Source of the DNA: a phage
Direction: 5' to 3' (one strand)
Assembly: GCA_036252695.1 (NCBI GenBank)
Contig: GCA_036252695.1_4122.1
Length of the DNA: 64,000 nucleotides
Each line of letters starts with the position of its first letter. Positions within the stretch are counted from its first letter, which is position 1. Of this stretch, positions 38,415 to 47,308 are shown piece after piece. The notes under the pieces are model-generated. The model ran no database searches and had not been told where the DNA came from. It was given only the letters and a program-made list of their open reading frames with translations. The position numbers were made by a program, and so were the translations under genes.

Positions 38415-38636
38415 ATGGCTAATATCACTACTCTTTCCCAACTGGAAGCACTGGTTAAATCTATGCGGGAACATGCCGACAAAATCGGCGTACAAGATCC
38501 AGCCGTTTGCTTCTGCGACGAATTGAATGATGATACACTGGTAATAGCAGAAGTCCAGGACGTTTCTAACTATTCCTCGCGTTACACTGGCGGCGTAGCA
38601 AATAAAGGTGACTTCTGTTTATACCTTACAAAATAA
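38415..38636 (+). CDS. hypothetical early protein
   Basis: Start at Met after leader hairpin; SD gagga. Confidence 0.55.
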   Translation: MANITTLSQLEALVKSMREHADKIGVQDPAVCFCDELNDDTLVIAEVQDVSNYSSRYTGGVANKGDFCLYLTK

Positions 38637-38640
38637 CAAC

Positions 38641-38671
38641 GCGGGGAGATAATAACTCCCCGTTACTTTTT
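38641..38671 (+). terminator. intrinsic terminator
   Basis: cggggag-ataataa-ctccccg followed by T run. Confidence 0.55.
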
Positions 38672-38804
38672 CAGTACTGAATCATTTAATAGACGGATCT
38701 ATGCACCCGGTGGGTTAGTGACTGTTTCGTCTTGATGTAGTAATTATGCCAGTACTGGATGCACTTGTCAACAATTATTTTTCAAATACTTTTTATTAAA
38801 ATAC

Positions 38805-38858
38805 TTGCAATTAGTTTTTAAACGCGTATAATGTTTTGCATAGGGGGAGCGGTTCCCC
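38805..38858 (+). promoter_or_regulatory. early-type promoter plus leader hairpin
   Basis: TTGCAA 38805..38810, TATAAT 38827..38832, hairpin gggggagcggttcccc 38843..38858. Confidence 0.6.
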
Positions 38859-38879
38859 TGGTAACTAAGGAATAATAAA

Positions 38880-39137
38880 ATGCTTGAACAAATCAAATCA
38901 ACGTCTGCGAATGTAACGGGAACGGTAGCACACTTTACTAGTGATGAATCGCGGGGCGTTCCCTATTGTGCTGTACATGTAAACACTGAGGGTAACTACT
39001 GGTTTACGGTTTACGGATCATATTCATTTGGACGGCCAGGGCATCAAAAAATTCTGGATAAAGTACAACCAACGGGTAAAAATATCACTGCCGAAATGTT
39101 TTATAAAAATCATAAAGTACTTGATAATAGTTTTTAG
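38880..39137 (+). CDS. hypothetical early protein
   Basis: 85-aa ORF, SD aagga. Confidence 0.6.
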   Translation: MLEQIKSTSANVTGTVAHFTSDESRGVPYCAVHVNTEGNYWFTVYGSYSFGRPGHQKILDKVQPTGKNITAEMFYKNHKVLDNSF

Positions 39138-39199
39138 TACTGTATAATATTTTACATCGCAAGGGGGAGCGGTTCCCCCTGGTAACTAAGGATAATCAA

Positions 39200-39499
39200 A
39201 TGAAAATTGCAATCATCGCCCTGGCTTTATCTGTTTCCTCTTTCGCTGTTAATGCGTCATTAGATGTAAGTAGTGAAAAATTCATTCAGTGCACTGTTGC
39301 AATGACCGATGAAAGAACTGGCGAGATTGTATTAAAGGATTTAGAGATCCAGCCAGAAGCATTTAAAAACGGGCCGTTCCATGAAGAAGACGAAAAAGGT
39401 AGCACGACAATTTATTACGATGCAAGTACTAAACGCGGTTCGGTCACTGTTATGGATACTGAGAAAGTAACTCATACTGGCGTTATTAATTGCCGTTGA
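39200..39499 (+). CDS. small secreted/periplasmic protein (predicted signal peptide)
   Basis: N-term MKIAIIALALSVSSFAVNA-S fits signal peptidase I pattern; promoter and hairpin upstream. Confidence 0.6.
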   Translation: MKIAIIALALSVSSFAVNASLDVSSEKFIQCTVAMTDERTGEIVLKDLEIQPEAFKNGPFHEEDEKGSTTIYYDASTKRGSVTVMDTEKVTHTGVINCR

Positions 39500-39520
39500 T
39501 AGATACTACGGGGTAACATC

Positions 39521-39751
39521 ATGACTAAGCGAATTGTTTTACTTAACGAAAGCAGTACTACACAACTACTTAACGCCGTGCATTATGATATTGAAACGAG
39601 CGTTAATCTTATCAGTACTGTAGTACTATTGGACACTGGAAAGGTCGCCAATGATAAAGCGATTGCAGGTATATTAACGGATCTTGAGCCTGGTAGCAGT
39701 GCACCAATAACGTTAAATGGTAAAGTGTTTAATATTTTACTCACTGATTAA
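39521..39751 (+). CDS. hypothetical protein
   Basis: 76-aa ORF; followed by terminator. Confidence 0.5.
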   Translation: MTKRIVLLNESSTTQLLNAVHYDIETSVNLISTVVLLDTGKVANDKAIAGILTDLEPGSSAPITLNGKVFNILLTD

Positions 39752-39756
39752 GTACA

Positions 39757-39780
39757 TAGCCCACCTGGTGGGCTTTTTTG
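39757..39780 (+). terminator. intrinsic terminator
   Basis: agcccacc..ggtgggct stem then TTTTTT. Confidence 0.7.
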
Positions 39781-39984
39781 TTTTTGTAGTATCGTAGTAC
39801 TGAGATACTTTAAAAATAGTTTTAAAAAAGTAGTTGACATTACCACAAAAAGGCGTAGAATGTATTACATCAAGACGGGGAGCACTAAGTAGACCGCCAG
39901 TAAGTCGAACGAAAAACTGGACACGTCGAGAAAACTTTGATACACTAATAAACGTAAACTAAACTTTAATTGAGGATTTATAAA

Positions 39985-40467
39985 ATGGCTAATGTAAAAT
40001 CATTCATCAAAGCACTGGTAGCAAATGAAACTAACGTAGCGGCAGAGATCCTGGCTGAACTGGATAACGATACCATGAAAGCGGTACGCAATAATTTTAA
40101 CATCGCTTACAGTACTGCGAAAGAACTACAAGCAAATAAAGCGGCAGAAATTGAAGCGGCAAAGGCGGCCCGTGAAGCAGAACTACAAGCAACAATTGAA
40201 AGTATCCAGGCGGCAGTAGTTGGATTGGATCTGGAAGTAGTTACAGAGATGGCACAAAAAGCCCTGGCGGTTAAGTATGGGGAAGACAAGCCAGAAGTAA
40301 AAGCCAAAAAATGGATTCAGGAACGCGTAGCGGTAGTACTGGACAACGGGGAAGAATATCTGATTCCGGTGCGTGGTAACTGCATTGCGGTAGTACTGGA
40401 TGCGATTAACTCCAGTGGTATGACTCGCGAGGAATGGATCGAAGCTCATCGCAAAGTGGAAGCATAA
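39985..40467 (+). CDS. hypothetical protein (Ala/Glu-rich, predicted helical)
   Basis: Start MANVKSF after SD gagga; long structured leader from promoter at ~39836. Confidence 0.6.
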   Translation: MANVKSFIKALVANETNVAAEILAELDNDTMKAVRNNFNIAYSTAKELQANKAAEIEAAKAAREAELQATIESIQAAVVGLDLEVVTEMAQKALAVKYGEDKPEVKAKKWIQERVAVVLDNGEEYLIPVRGNCIAVVLDAINSSGMTREEWIEAHRKVEA

Positions 40468-40488
40468 CAATTAAAGTACTGAATCACT

Positions 40489-40515
40489 AGCCCACTGCAT
40501 AAGTGGGCTTTTTTG
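40489..40515 (+). terminator. intrinsic terminator
   Basis: gcccact-gcataa-gtgggc then TTTTTTG. Confidence 0.7.
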
Positions 40516-40751
40516 TGTTTATCGTTTACCAGGCCACCAGCACCGCCTAGAATCGATTCTAACGCATTAAACTGATTATCTGATGCATCGCCCTAGCTGG
40601 TGGCGTTAAGGTCGTTAGAATGCGATTGAGAGCGTTTAAAGTATTTTGCAAAAAGTAATAAAAAGTACTTGCACGATTAAGAGATTAGCGTATAATGTTT
40701 TACATCGAGAGGGGGAAACGGTTCTCCTTCCAAATCAAAGGAATTAAAACA

Positions 40752-40979
40752 ATGGCTATCGTAATCACTCGCGTAACTGGTACTACTGGCAATTCTTCTA
40801 CTGTTGCTGTAATTACTAATAAGAAAGGTGCGGAACTACATTTTGCAATGTATAACTGGTCAGTTGATGAGTTTGGTCAGTACGCTAGTGTAGAATACAT
40901 TGAAACCTATCAAGTGCCGTCGATTAGTTTAACTGATTTGGGCGTTGAGCGTATCCTTTGCCTGGATGAATTAAATTAA
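40752..40979 (+). CDS. hypothetical early protein
   Basis: Start MAIVITRV after promoter and hairpin gggggaaacggttctcc. Confidence 0.55.
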   Translation: MAIVITRVTGTTGNSSTVAVITNKKGAELHFAMYNWSVDEFGQYASVEYIETYQVPSISLTDLGVERILCLDELN

Positions 40980-41065
40980 AAAAGTACTTGCAAAGTAAAT
41001 CGAATAAAGTATAATACATTACATCAAGGGGAGAAATGGTTCTCCCTGATAATGAGGAAACTAAT

Positions 41066-41209
41066 ATGAAAACTTGTCAATGTGGTAAAAAATCTATTAC
41101 TGGTTTAAAGCGGGGCGTTGCTCTTTGTCAGTACCATTATAATTTACAAGTATGGGGTAAAGAATGGGCCGACCAGGTGGAAGCAGCAAAGAAAGCAAAA
41201 AGTAAGTAA
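41066..41209 (+). CDS. small Cys-containing protein (47 aa; CQCG..CQYH)
   Basis: Hand-translated ORF behind promoter and hairpin with SD gagga; below track cutoff. Confidence 0.4.
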   Translation: MKTCQCGKKSITGLKRGVALCQYHYNLQVWGKEWADQVEAAKKAKSK

Positions 41210-41228
41210 AAATATTATCACAGTACTA

Positions 41229-41257
41229 TTGACATAGTTTGATAGTACTGACATAAT
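41229..41257 (+). promoter_or_regulatory. class-2 promoter (AGTACT-flanked TTGACA..CATAAT)
   Basis: cagtactaTTGACAtagtttgatagtactgaCATAAT; same motif at ~41510, ~44590, ~52315. Confidence 0.55.
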
Positions 41258-41288
41258 AGATTTTATCAAGACAACTGAGGAAAATAAA

Positions 41289-41501
41289 ATGGCTATCATC
41301 ACTAAAATCAAAGTAAGTAAAACCCTGGTTAAACTTGAACAAGTGAAAGCAGGTTATAAAGTATCTTGGTGCGGTATGTATCGGATGTTCGCAGATATTG
41401 ATGAAGCAATCAATTATTACAGCGACACGGTTAAAAACTTTGTTCGTGCTGATGTGGTTATGGCAGTGGCAACGCACAAAGCAGCGAAAGAAAGTAAGTA
41501 A
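41289..41501 (+). CDS. hypothetical early protein (paralog of 44663..44842)
   Basis: MAIITKIKV..; similar N-term and length to 44663 gene. Confidence 0.55.
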   Translation: MAIITKIKVSKTLVKLEQVKAGYKVSWCGMYRMFADIDEAINYYSDTVKNFVRADVVMAVATHKAAKESK

Positions 41502-41590
41502 AAATATTATCACAGTACTATTGACATAGTTTGATAGTACTGGCATAATAGATTTTATCAAGACAACATATTAATTTAAGGAATACAAAA

Positions 41591-41914
41591 ATGGCTAAAA
41601 CTATCATTAACACCGTTTCCCTGGCTGCAATCCGTGCAATCAATGTTGACGGTAAACGTTGGACTGATTCATATGGCAATACTTATCATTCTTGTCATGT
41701 AAGCGTCGAACTGGATAACGGTTTGAATGATCTGGCGGTTGAATCATTTACTTATGGCTATGAAGATGCATATCAACAAACGGCGTTAGATCTATTAAAG
41801 GAATCAGTAGACGGGCTTAATACTGATGAAACCTCCCTTACTCGTTTGTGCAATGATCTTAATATCCCGTTGCATTGTACTGTACAGAATGTTAAACGCA
41901 AAAAAGATCTTTAA
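41591..41914 (+). CDS. hypothetical protein (paralog of 48675..48998)
   Basis: Shares RWTDSxGNTYHSCxVS and C-terminal VKRKKD with 48675 gene. Confidence 0.65.
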   Translation: MAKTIINTVSLAAIRAINVDGKRWTDSYGNTYHSCHVSVELDNGLNDLAVESFTYGYEDAYQQTALDLLKESVDGLNTDETSLTRLCNDLNIPLHCTVQNVKRKKDL

Positions 41915-41994
41915 TTAGCTTTACTTTATGCAGATACTTTGATATAGTGTCTGCATAGGGGAAAGAAATTAAATTAACTTAAGAGGAACGTATA

Positions 41995-42264
41995 ATGAAA
42001 AATATCAGTACTTTAATCGATGCAGGTACTCATGTTCGTCGGTCTATGGTTGCAACCAGTACTACAAAACAAGTAGCGAGCGGTTATCTTGTATTTGTGC
42101 ACGATGGTAAACTCCTGGAACGTTCAATCAATTTTGATGTTAAAAACAATTGCCGTTTTATTATCTTTAAGCGTGAACAATATAAAATTGATTTACCAGC
42201 GAAGCCCATAAGCGGGGCGTACAACGTGCAATCATTGTTTGAACGTCAACCATACACCTATTAA
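41995..42264 (+). CDS. hypothetical protein
   Basis: 89-aa ORF with SD gagga. Confidence 0.55.
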   Translation: MKNISTLIDAGTHVRRSMVATSTTKQVASGYLVFVHDGKLLERSINFDVKNNCRFIIFKREQYKIDLPAKPISGAYNVQSLFERQPYTY

Positions 42265-42315
42265 TCAAAACATCGTTAGCGGTCGATTTAGGCCGCTTGT
42301 ATTGGGGATTATACC

Positions 42316-42486
42316 ATGAACGTTAATCAAGTACTGAATGAGATCGAAAGCATCATTAAACCAATGAAACGCATTGATGCTATGTTAACACCGGAAGAAT
42401 GCCGCCTTTATGAGCGTTACAGTGTGGAACAAGCCCAGGAAATGGCCCGTATCCGTCCGGTTGCCAGTACTGATAAGGCGGCGTAA
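42316..42486 (+). CDS. hypothetical small protein (56 aa)
   Basis: Hand-translated; coupled to next gene (TAATATG). Confidence 0.35.
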   Translation: MNVNQVLNEIESIIKPMKRIDAMLTPEECRLYERYSVEQAQEMARIRPVASTDKAA

Positions 42487-42487
42487 T

Positions 42488-42697
42488 ATGCTTACTGTAC
42501 AGGATAAGATCGACATCTTAAAGGTTAATATGTATGTGATTGATGCCGTACCTGGTAAAGTATTTGCATACGATGATTCTAATCGCAGTCCGTTTTATTG
42601 CAGTCATGTAGTTGGATACGTGCCGTTGGCGTATGTTATAGAAAGAGTGGTTGATGCAGCATACAAACATTTTTTAGAAAATAATACTTGCAATTAG
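42488..42697 (+). CDS. hypothetical protein
   Basis: Start at internal Met MLTVQDK right after upstream stop. Confidence 0.45.
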   Translation: MLTVQDKIDILKVNMYVIDAVPGKVFAYDDSNRSPFYCSHVVGYVPLAYVIERVVDAAYKHFLENNTCN

Positions 42698-42767
42698 TTT
42701 TCAGTACTGTATAATGATTTACATCGAGAGCGGGAATAGTTCCCGCCTCACTTTTAAGGAATATGAA

Positions 42768-42914
42768 ATGAAAGCATCAAAAAAGAGTAATACTAAGAAA
42801 GCATGTTCACCTTTCGCTGGGGTATTCCCTTTACGTTTTGTTGATGAAGTAGTTTCCTACCCGCCGGGCCTTACTCCTGAGATGGTAGAAAGTTTGCGTA
42901 AATCTAAAAAATAG
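42768..42914 (+). CDS. hypothetical small basic protein (48 aa)
   Basis: Promoter, leader hairpin agcgggaatagttcccgc and SD aagga upstream. Confidence 0.45.
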   Translation: MKASKKSNTKKACSPFAGVFPLRFVDEVVSYPPGLTPEMVESLRKSKK

Positions 42915-42996
42915 TACTTGCAATTAGTTTTTAGTACTGTATAATAGTTTACATGAAGGGGAAAACGTTCCCCTTACACCTAACGAGGAAAGTATA

Positions 42997-43248
42997 ATGG
43001 AAACAATTTTAATCAAAGACACTGCTACTACTGTAACTTATGATAATGATTGCATTATCCCAGGGACTGAGTACGGCGAACGTGTACCCGTTCAAGTAGA
43101 GATTGATACCACATACATCGACAAGGCTGACCAGTGTATCACTATTGTAATTGGTGAATATCGTTTTCTACCAGAAGAGATCCAAAAATGGCAGAATATG
43201 ATTGACCGTGCGAAATTAGTCGCACAAAGTTTAAAATACAAAGTTTAA
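42997..43248 (+). CDS. hypothetical early protein
   Basis: Promoter, hairpin ggggaaaacgttcccc, SD gagga. Confidence 0.55.
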   Translation: METILIKDTATTVTYDNDCIIPGTEYGERVPVQVEIDTTYIDKADQCITIVIGEYRFLPEEIQKWQNMIDRAKLVAQSLKYKV

Positions 43249-43334
43249 AATAATACTTGCAATTAGTTTTTAAACGCGTATAATGTTTTACATGAAGGGG
43301 AGAAATGATTCTCCCCAATAACAGGAGAAACAAA

Positions 43335-43487
43335 ATGAAACAATACAACGCTCGGTTTGATGTTACTATCGGTAACGGCAAAGGTCAATTCTCTTTCAGT
43401 ACTCGCAAAAGTTATACAGAAAACTTCCTGCGTAATTGTGCACTGACCGCCGCACAAATTAAACATTACTTTCAGGCTAAAAAATGA
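43335..43487 (+). CDS. hypothetical small protein (50 aa)
   Basis: Promoter and hairpin ggggagaaatgattctcccc upstream; SD aggaga. Confidence 0.45.
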   Translation: MKQYNARFDVTIGNGKGQFSFSTRKSYTENFLRNCALTAAQIKHYFQAKK

Positions 43488-43573
43488 AATCATTAGCTTA
43501 TTACAGTTCGGCCCTGGTCGGTGCATTGATCGCGGCGTTGTTAGTAACCTATCTATTCTTTATGGTGATTTAA
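43484..43573 (+). CDS. putative 29-aa single-TM peptide
   Basis: Hand-translated MKSLAYYSSALVGALIAALLVTYLFFMVI; ATGA-coupled; speculative. Confidence 0.25.
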   Translation: MKSLAYYSSALVGALIAALLVTYLFFMVI

Positions 43574-43717
43574 ATGAATCCAACAGGTTTAAACTATAAA
43601 AGTTGTTCGGCGTTTACGAAAGCAAATAAAGCGAATGCACGTAAAGCGAAAGTAAAGGAGTACATCAAGCAAGGCATGACGCGAAAGGCGGCGATTCTAA
43701 AAGCTAAAAATAAATGA
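43574..43717 (+). CDS. putative small basic protein (47 aa)
   Basis: Hand-translated Lys-rich ORF directly after previous stop; speculative. Confidence 0.25.
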   Translation: MNPTGLNYKSCSAFTKANKANARKAKVKEYIKQGMTRKAAILKAKNK

Positions 43718-43860
43718 AAAAAGTGGTTGACTCCGGTCAGCCATTTTGCTATTATATATTCATTGAGAGATAGCTCACTAGCCCACAGGGTGCATAAGTG
43801 TATCTATTATATAAGTATTGAGTACTGAAAACTATTTTAAAAAAGTACTTGCAAACTATC
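43715..43860 (+). repeat. composite intergenic repeat unit (terminator with embedded TTGACT + TATTAT box + ~65-nt conserved segment)
   Basis: ggttgactccggtcagcc hairpin, gctattatata, then ..tagcccacagggtgcataagtgtatctat..cagtactgaaaactatttt; related copies near 47720, 51005, 52940; hairpin/-10 part also at 386..418 and 2014..2046. Confidence 0.55.
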
Positions 43861-43927
43861 TCAATAAGCGTATAATGTTTTACATCGAAAGGGGAAACGG
43901 TTTCCCCTGGTAATAAGGAAACAAATC

Positions 43928-44269
43928 ATGACTATCTCAATTGCTCAATCTAACTTTGAAAACGAAATCATCGCCCAGGCACTGCGTTTAAATGATGGTC
44001 GGGCCGAAATTAATTACGGTTTCAATTCAGGCGGTTGTGAAAAATATCAGTACTTTGTAACGGCTGATGGCGGTGTCCTGGGTATCAATACAGTTATTGT
44101 AAACATCCAAAAAATTAATTTCAATGATCCAGACGATAGCCAGTTTTACATCACTGGCGTAGACGTGAACTATGAGGATGACTCACTAACTGATGATCAC
44201 ACTGGCGAGCGGTTAGAAAGTGCATACGGTGAAGATGATTATCAGTCCGGTCCAGAAGATTTCGAATAA
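43928..44269 (+). CDS. hypothetical acidic protein
   Basis: 113-aa ORF behind promoter, hairpin ggggaaacggtttcccc and SD aagga. Confidence 0.6.
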   Translation: MTISIAQSNFENEIIAQALRLNDGRAEINYGFNSGGCEKYQYFVTADGGVLGINTVIVNIQKINFNDPDDSQFYITGVDVNYEDDSLTDDHTGERLESAYGEDDYQSGPEDFE

Positions 44270-44366
44270 TATAAAAAAAATAGTTTGACAATAGATTATA
44301 GTACTGTATAATAGTTTACATCAAGGGGAGAAAAACTTCTCCCCACTAACAGAGAGAGAAAACAAA

Positions 44367-44579
44367 ATGGCTAATATCCGGTCGAAATTAAAAAATGCAA
44401 AACAAGTTTTATTTTCAGATCATGAATACTTTAATAAAGATATTACAGGAGTTACAAGTATCAAGGAAGTAAAAGAAAAAACCGGCGTTTTGTGTGATGT
44501 GCGATTAGTTGGGACATTTGGGAATAACGTGCTATATCGCTGCGGTGATTACAATTTTACACTGACTATCATTAACTAA
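44367..44579 (+). CDS. hypothetical early protein
   Basis: Promoter TTGACA..TATAAT, hairpin ggggagaaaaacttctcccc, SD. Confidence 0.55.
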   Translation: MANIRSKLKNAKQVLFSDHEYFNKDITGVTSIKEVKEKTGVLCDVRLVGTFGNNVLYRCGDYNFTLTIIN

Positions 44580-44662
44580 AAATATTATCACAGTACTATT
44601 GACATAGTTTGATAGTACTGACATAATAACTTTTATCAACTACACTACTAAGGAATTAAAAA

Positions 44663-44842
44663 ATGGCTATCATCGCAAAAACTGAAATCGTTGGTCTGGA
44701 TTCTATCATCATGACGTTTGAAGATCAAAAAGGTATGTATGTAGTTTCCTATGGTGATTATGTTCGGGAGTATGAAACGGTAGACGAAGCCTTTGAAAGT
44801 TATATTCGCCAGGTGAATAAAGCATACGACGACTACCGCTAA
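44663..44842 (+). CDS. hypothetical early protein (59 aa; paralog of 41289..41501)
   Basis: Hand-translated MAIIAKTEIVG...; class-2 promoter upstream. Confidence 0.45.
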   Translation: MAIIAKTEIVGLDSIIMTFEDQKGMYVVSYGDYVREYETVDEAFESYIRQVNKAYDDYR

Positions 44843-44941
44843 AATATATTACCAGTACTATTAAATCTATTGACAACGTTTGATAGTACTGTATAATAAG
44901 TTTTATAAACAGTAGTTAACTTAACCTAAGAGAGAAATAAA

Positions 44942-45085
44942 ATGATCGCACTGGATTCATTCATCGACGCAGTACTGGCAAAAACTGGCGAGGATCTGAC
45001 CGCAGAACAATACGCGATGATCGAGCAATGTCAGCAAAACGGTAAATCGGTGAAAGATACTGTTAAGATTATCCGCAAGATGTAA
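44942..45085 (+). CDS. hypothetical small protein (47 aa)
   Basis: Hand-translated; promoter TTGACA..TATAAT upstream; hairpin terminator downstream. Confidence 0.4.
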   Translation: MIALDSFIDAVLAKTGEDLTAEQYAMIEQCQQNGKSVKDTVKIIRKM

Positions 45086-45091
45086 GATTAT

Positions 45092-45120
45092 AGCCCACTG
45101 GTTAACGCTGGTGGGCTTTA
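45092..45120 (+). terminator. probable intrinsic terminator
   Basis: agcccac..gtgggct stem with 12-nt loop; weak T tract. Confidence 0.45.
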
Positions 45121-45190
45121 ATCATTTACCCTATACAATGCCAGTACTAAACCGTTTATCTCGTTAGAATGCGTTACAGGACGTTTAACA

Positions 45191-45388
45191 ATGATTAGCA
45201 TGAAATCAGTACAAAAACAAATAGAAACATTATCAAAAATTAAACGTAAACAATACTCCTTAGAATATACAATCAATGGTAACTATCATCTAATGAAAGA
45301 AAATAATTTTATAGTCATTGATGAATCATTGCAAATTATTAGTATAGTACTGAAAGCATTAATCAATGACAGAAAAAAATTAAAATAA
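45191..45388 (+). CDS. hypothetical protein
   Basis: 65-aa ORF; AT-rich codons unlike neighbours. Confidence 0.4.
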   Translation: MISMKSVQKQIETLSKIKRKQYSLEYTINGNYHLMKENNFIVIDESLQIISIVLKALINDRKKLK

Positions 45389-45469
45389 TCTATTGACAAT
45401 ATCCTCCAGTACTGGCATAATACTTACATCAAGACGAGAACGTCACTAACCCATAGGGTGCACAAATGT

Positions 45470-45570
45470 AACTATATAATATCGATCAATAAATGATCAA
45501 AAAAGTACTGGATCAATTTAGCATAAGGAGTATAATTCTGATCAATTCTTGATCAAAGGCAATAAACGCA
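45470..45570. repeat. cluster of TGATCAA/TTGATCA motifs
   Basis: Five GATCAA-containing sites within ~90 bp in an intergenic region. Confidence 0.5.
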
Positions 45571-45717
45571 GTTGAATTTATATAGACAATACGAAGGCGT
45601 TACTATCCGTGGTAATGCTGGTGGATATGTAGTATCATGTGGTTTGAATAAGATTAGCACTAGTAGTATTATTGTAGCATTACAGTACTATAGTATTTTT
45701 ATAATGAGGTTAAAATA

Positions 45718-45975
45718 ATGGCTGTAGGATTTGCGAAGGACGGGGCCGAACAAGACGAGATTAACGCAGTGATTCAGGCCGCCGTAAACCACGCTAGAAA
45801 GCAAATTAACGCACAAATAGAATCACTGATACATTGCCTCGACTGTGGCGATAAAATCCCTGAGAATCGCCGCCAGGCTGTTAAGGGATGTAAGTACTGC
45901 ATAACTTGCCAGGAGGATCATGATAGTACTTTTAAAAGAGATCCGCGTAATTGTTGGCATAGATCTATGAGATAA
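45718..45975 (+). CDS. TraR/DksA-family C4 zinc-finger protein
   Basis: CLDCGDKIPENRRQAVKGCKYCITCQ gives the C-x2-C-x17-C-x2-C spacing with conserved IPxxRRQA core; SD aatgagg. Confidence 0.75.
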   Translation: MAVGFAKDGAEQDEINAVIQAAVNHARKQINAQIESLIHCLDCGDKIPENRRQAVKGCKYCITCQEDHDSTFKRDPRNCWHRSMR

Positions 45976-46038
45976 AAAGTATTGACAGTACTGAAAGATA
46001 GTGTATAATATTTTATATCTTAACTGAGGATAGTAATC

Positions 46039-46395
46039 ATGGGAATACAACATATCACGCGTACTACTGACAATGGTGAGATCACTGGCTATCAAGTACA
46101 GGGCAAAGTAGCACAATTGCAGTACTGGTTTGAAAAACGTGGAATCATTGCACCGGATCTTGATTATGACCGTGTAGCGTTTATTGATTCTCTTTATGTT
46201 GATCCTGATAGTCGGGGCAATGGTGAAGGTAACGAATTAATGAATGCCTTTATCGATGCCGCCGATGATTCAGATTGTATCATCTTAGAATGCGATACGG
46301 GAGAAGATAACGCCTTTAATCTTAAAGAATGGTACGAAGGTTTTGGATTCGAGGTACTGATCGATAGTGAATATCCTATCATGATTTTATCATAG
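46039..46395 (+). CDS. GNAT-family acetyltransferase-like protein
   Basis: LYVDPDSRGNGEGNELMNAFIDAA resembles GNAT acetyl-CoA-binding motif A; C-terminal YEGFGFE motif-B-like. Confidence 0.55.
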   Translation: MGIQHITRTTDNGEITGYQVQGKVAQLQYWFEKRGIIAPDLDYDRVAFIDSLYVDPDSRGNGEGNELMNAFIDAADDSDCIILECDTGEDNAFNLKEWYEGFGFEVLIDSEYPIMILS

Positions 46396-46467
46396 TACTT
46401 GCATTTAGTTTTCAGTACTGTTATAGTACTTACATCAAGGGGAAACGTCTTCCCCTACTAAGAGGAA

Positions 46468-46662
46468 ATGAAAATGGAAAACTTATCAAGTATTTTAGTA
46501 CAAGATGATTTCGGTAATCCTGGAAGTGCTATCATAGTTCGGGGCAATAAAGCAACGTTTGTTCTTGCTGGTGGGCCAGTACAGCGTAGCATTAAAAATA
46601 ATGCTGTTACCATTAATAATGTACGCTATCGCTTAGATAAAGAATTAATTAAAAATATGTAA
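46468..46662 (+). CDS. hypothetical early protein
   Basis: Promoter, hairpin ggggaaacgtcttcccc, SD gagga. Confidence 0.55.
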   Translation: MKMENLSSILVQDDFGNPGSAIIVRGNKATFVLAGGPVQRSIKNNAVTINNVRYRLDKELIKNM

Positions 46663-46687
46663 TATTAACTCAATAGGAAAACGATAA

Positions 46688-47011
46688 ATGTATATTCACA
46701 CTACTATCACAAAAGAAGTCCGTTGTCAATTCGAAAGTATCCCAGGTGTATGTTTCATTACAGGCACTTTCTCACCTGGTGACCGTGATAATCCAGTACT
46801 GTTACAATTACGCCATCCATCATGGGATAAAGCATTTGATCTACCGTTGAATGAATTCGCAACTACTGCTGAAAAGTACATTAAAAATATTCGCGAGAAT
46901 GATCGACTATTCATTAATGCTTTCAGTGATTCCGCGTTAAGCGAGATTCATGCGGTACTAGTTGCAATCATGGAATCAATGCAGAAAACTAAATTCAAAC
47001 AAGGTGAATAA
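46688..47011 (+). CDS. hypothetical protein
   Basis: 107-aa ORF with SD-like aggaaaa. Confidence 0.55.
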   Translation: MYIHTTITKEVRCQFESIPGVCFITGTFSPGDRDNPVLLQLRHPSWDKAFDLPLNEFATTAEKYIKNIRENDRLFINAFSDSALSEIHAVLVAIMESMQKTKFKQGE

Positions 47012-47095
47012 AAACTATTGACAATGCAATCCAGTACTGTATAATAAGTTACATGAAGGGGAGAAATGATTCTCCCCAGTACTGAGGAAAGAAAA

Positions 47096-47308
47096 ATGCA
47101 AGGTCAACTAATCGTTCGTAAATGGTCTGATACTAACGCTAAACCGTGGGATGTACAATACATCGCCCCCAATGGTGAATCCAGATATCAACCAGGTGTA
47201 ACGCATAGTACTGAGCAATTTGCCGCCGCTCACCGTGAACGACTGTTACAATCCATGCAGCAAGGCTTCGGTGAAAAATTCATTCAGGATCATTGGCTGA
47301 AAGATTAA
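47096..47308 (+). CDS. hypothetical early protein
   Basis: Promoter TTGACA..TATAAT, hairpin ggggagaaatgattctcccc, SD gagga. Confidence 0.55.
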   Translation: MQGQLIVRKWSDTNAKPWDVQYIAPNGESRYQPGVTHSTEQFAAAHRERLLQSMQQGFGEKFIQDHWLKD

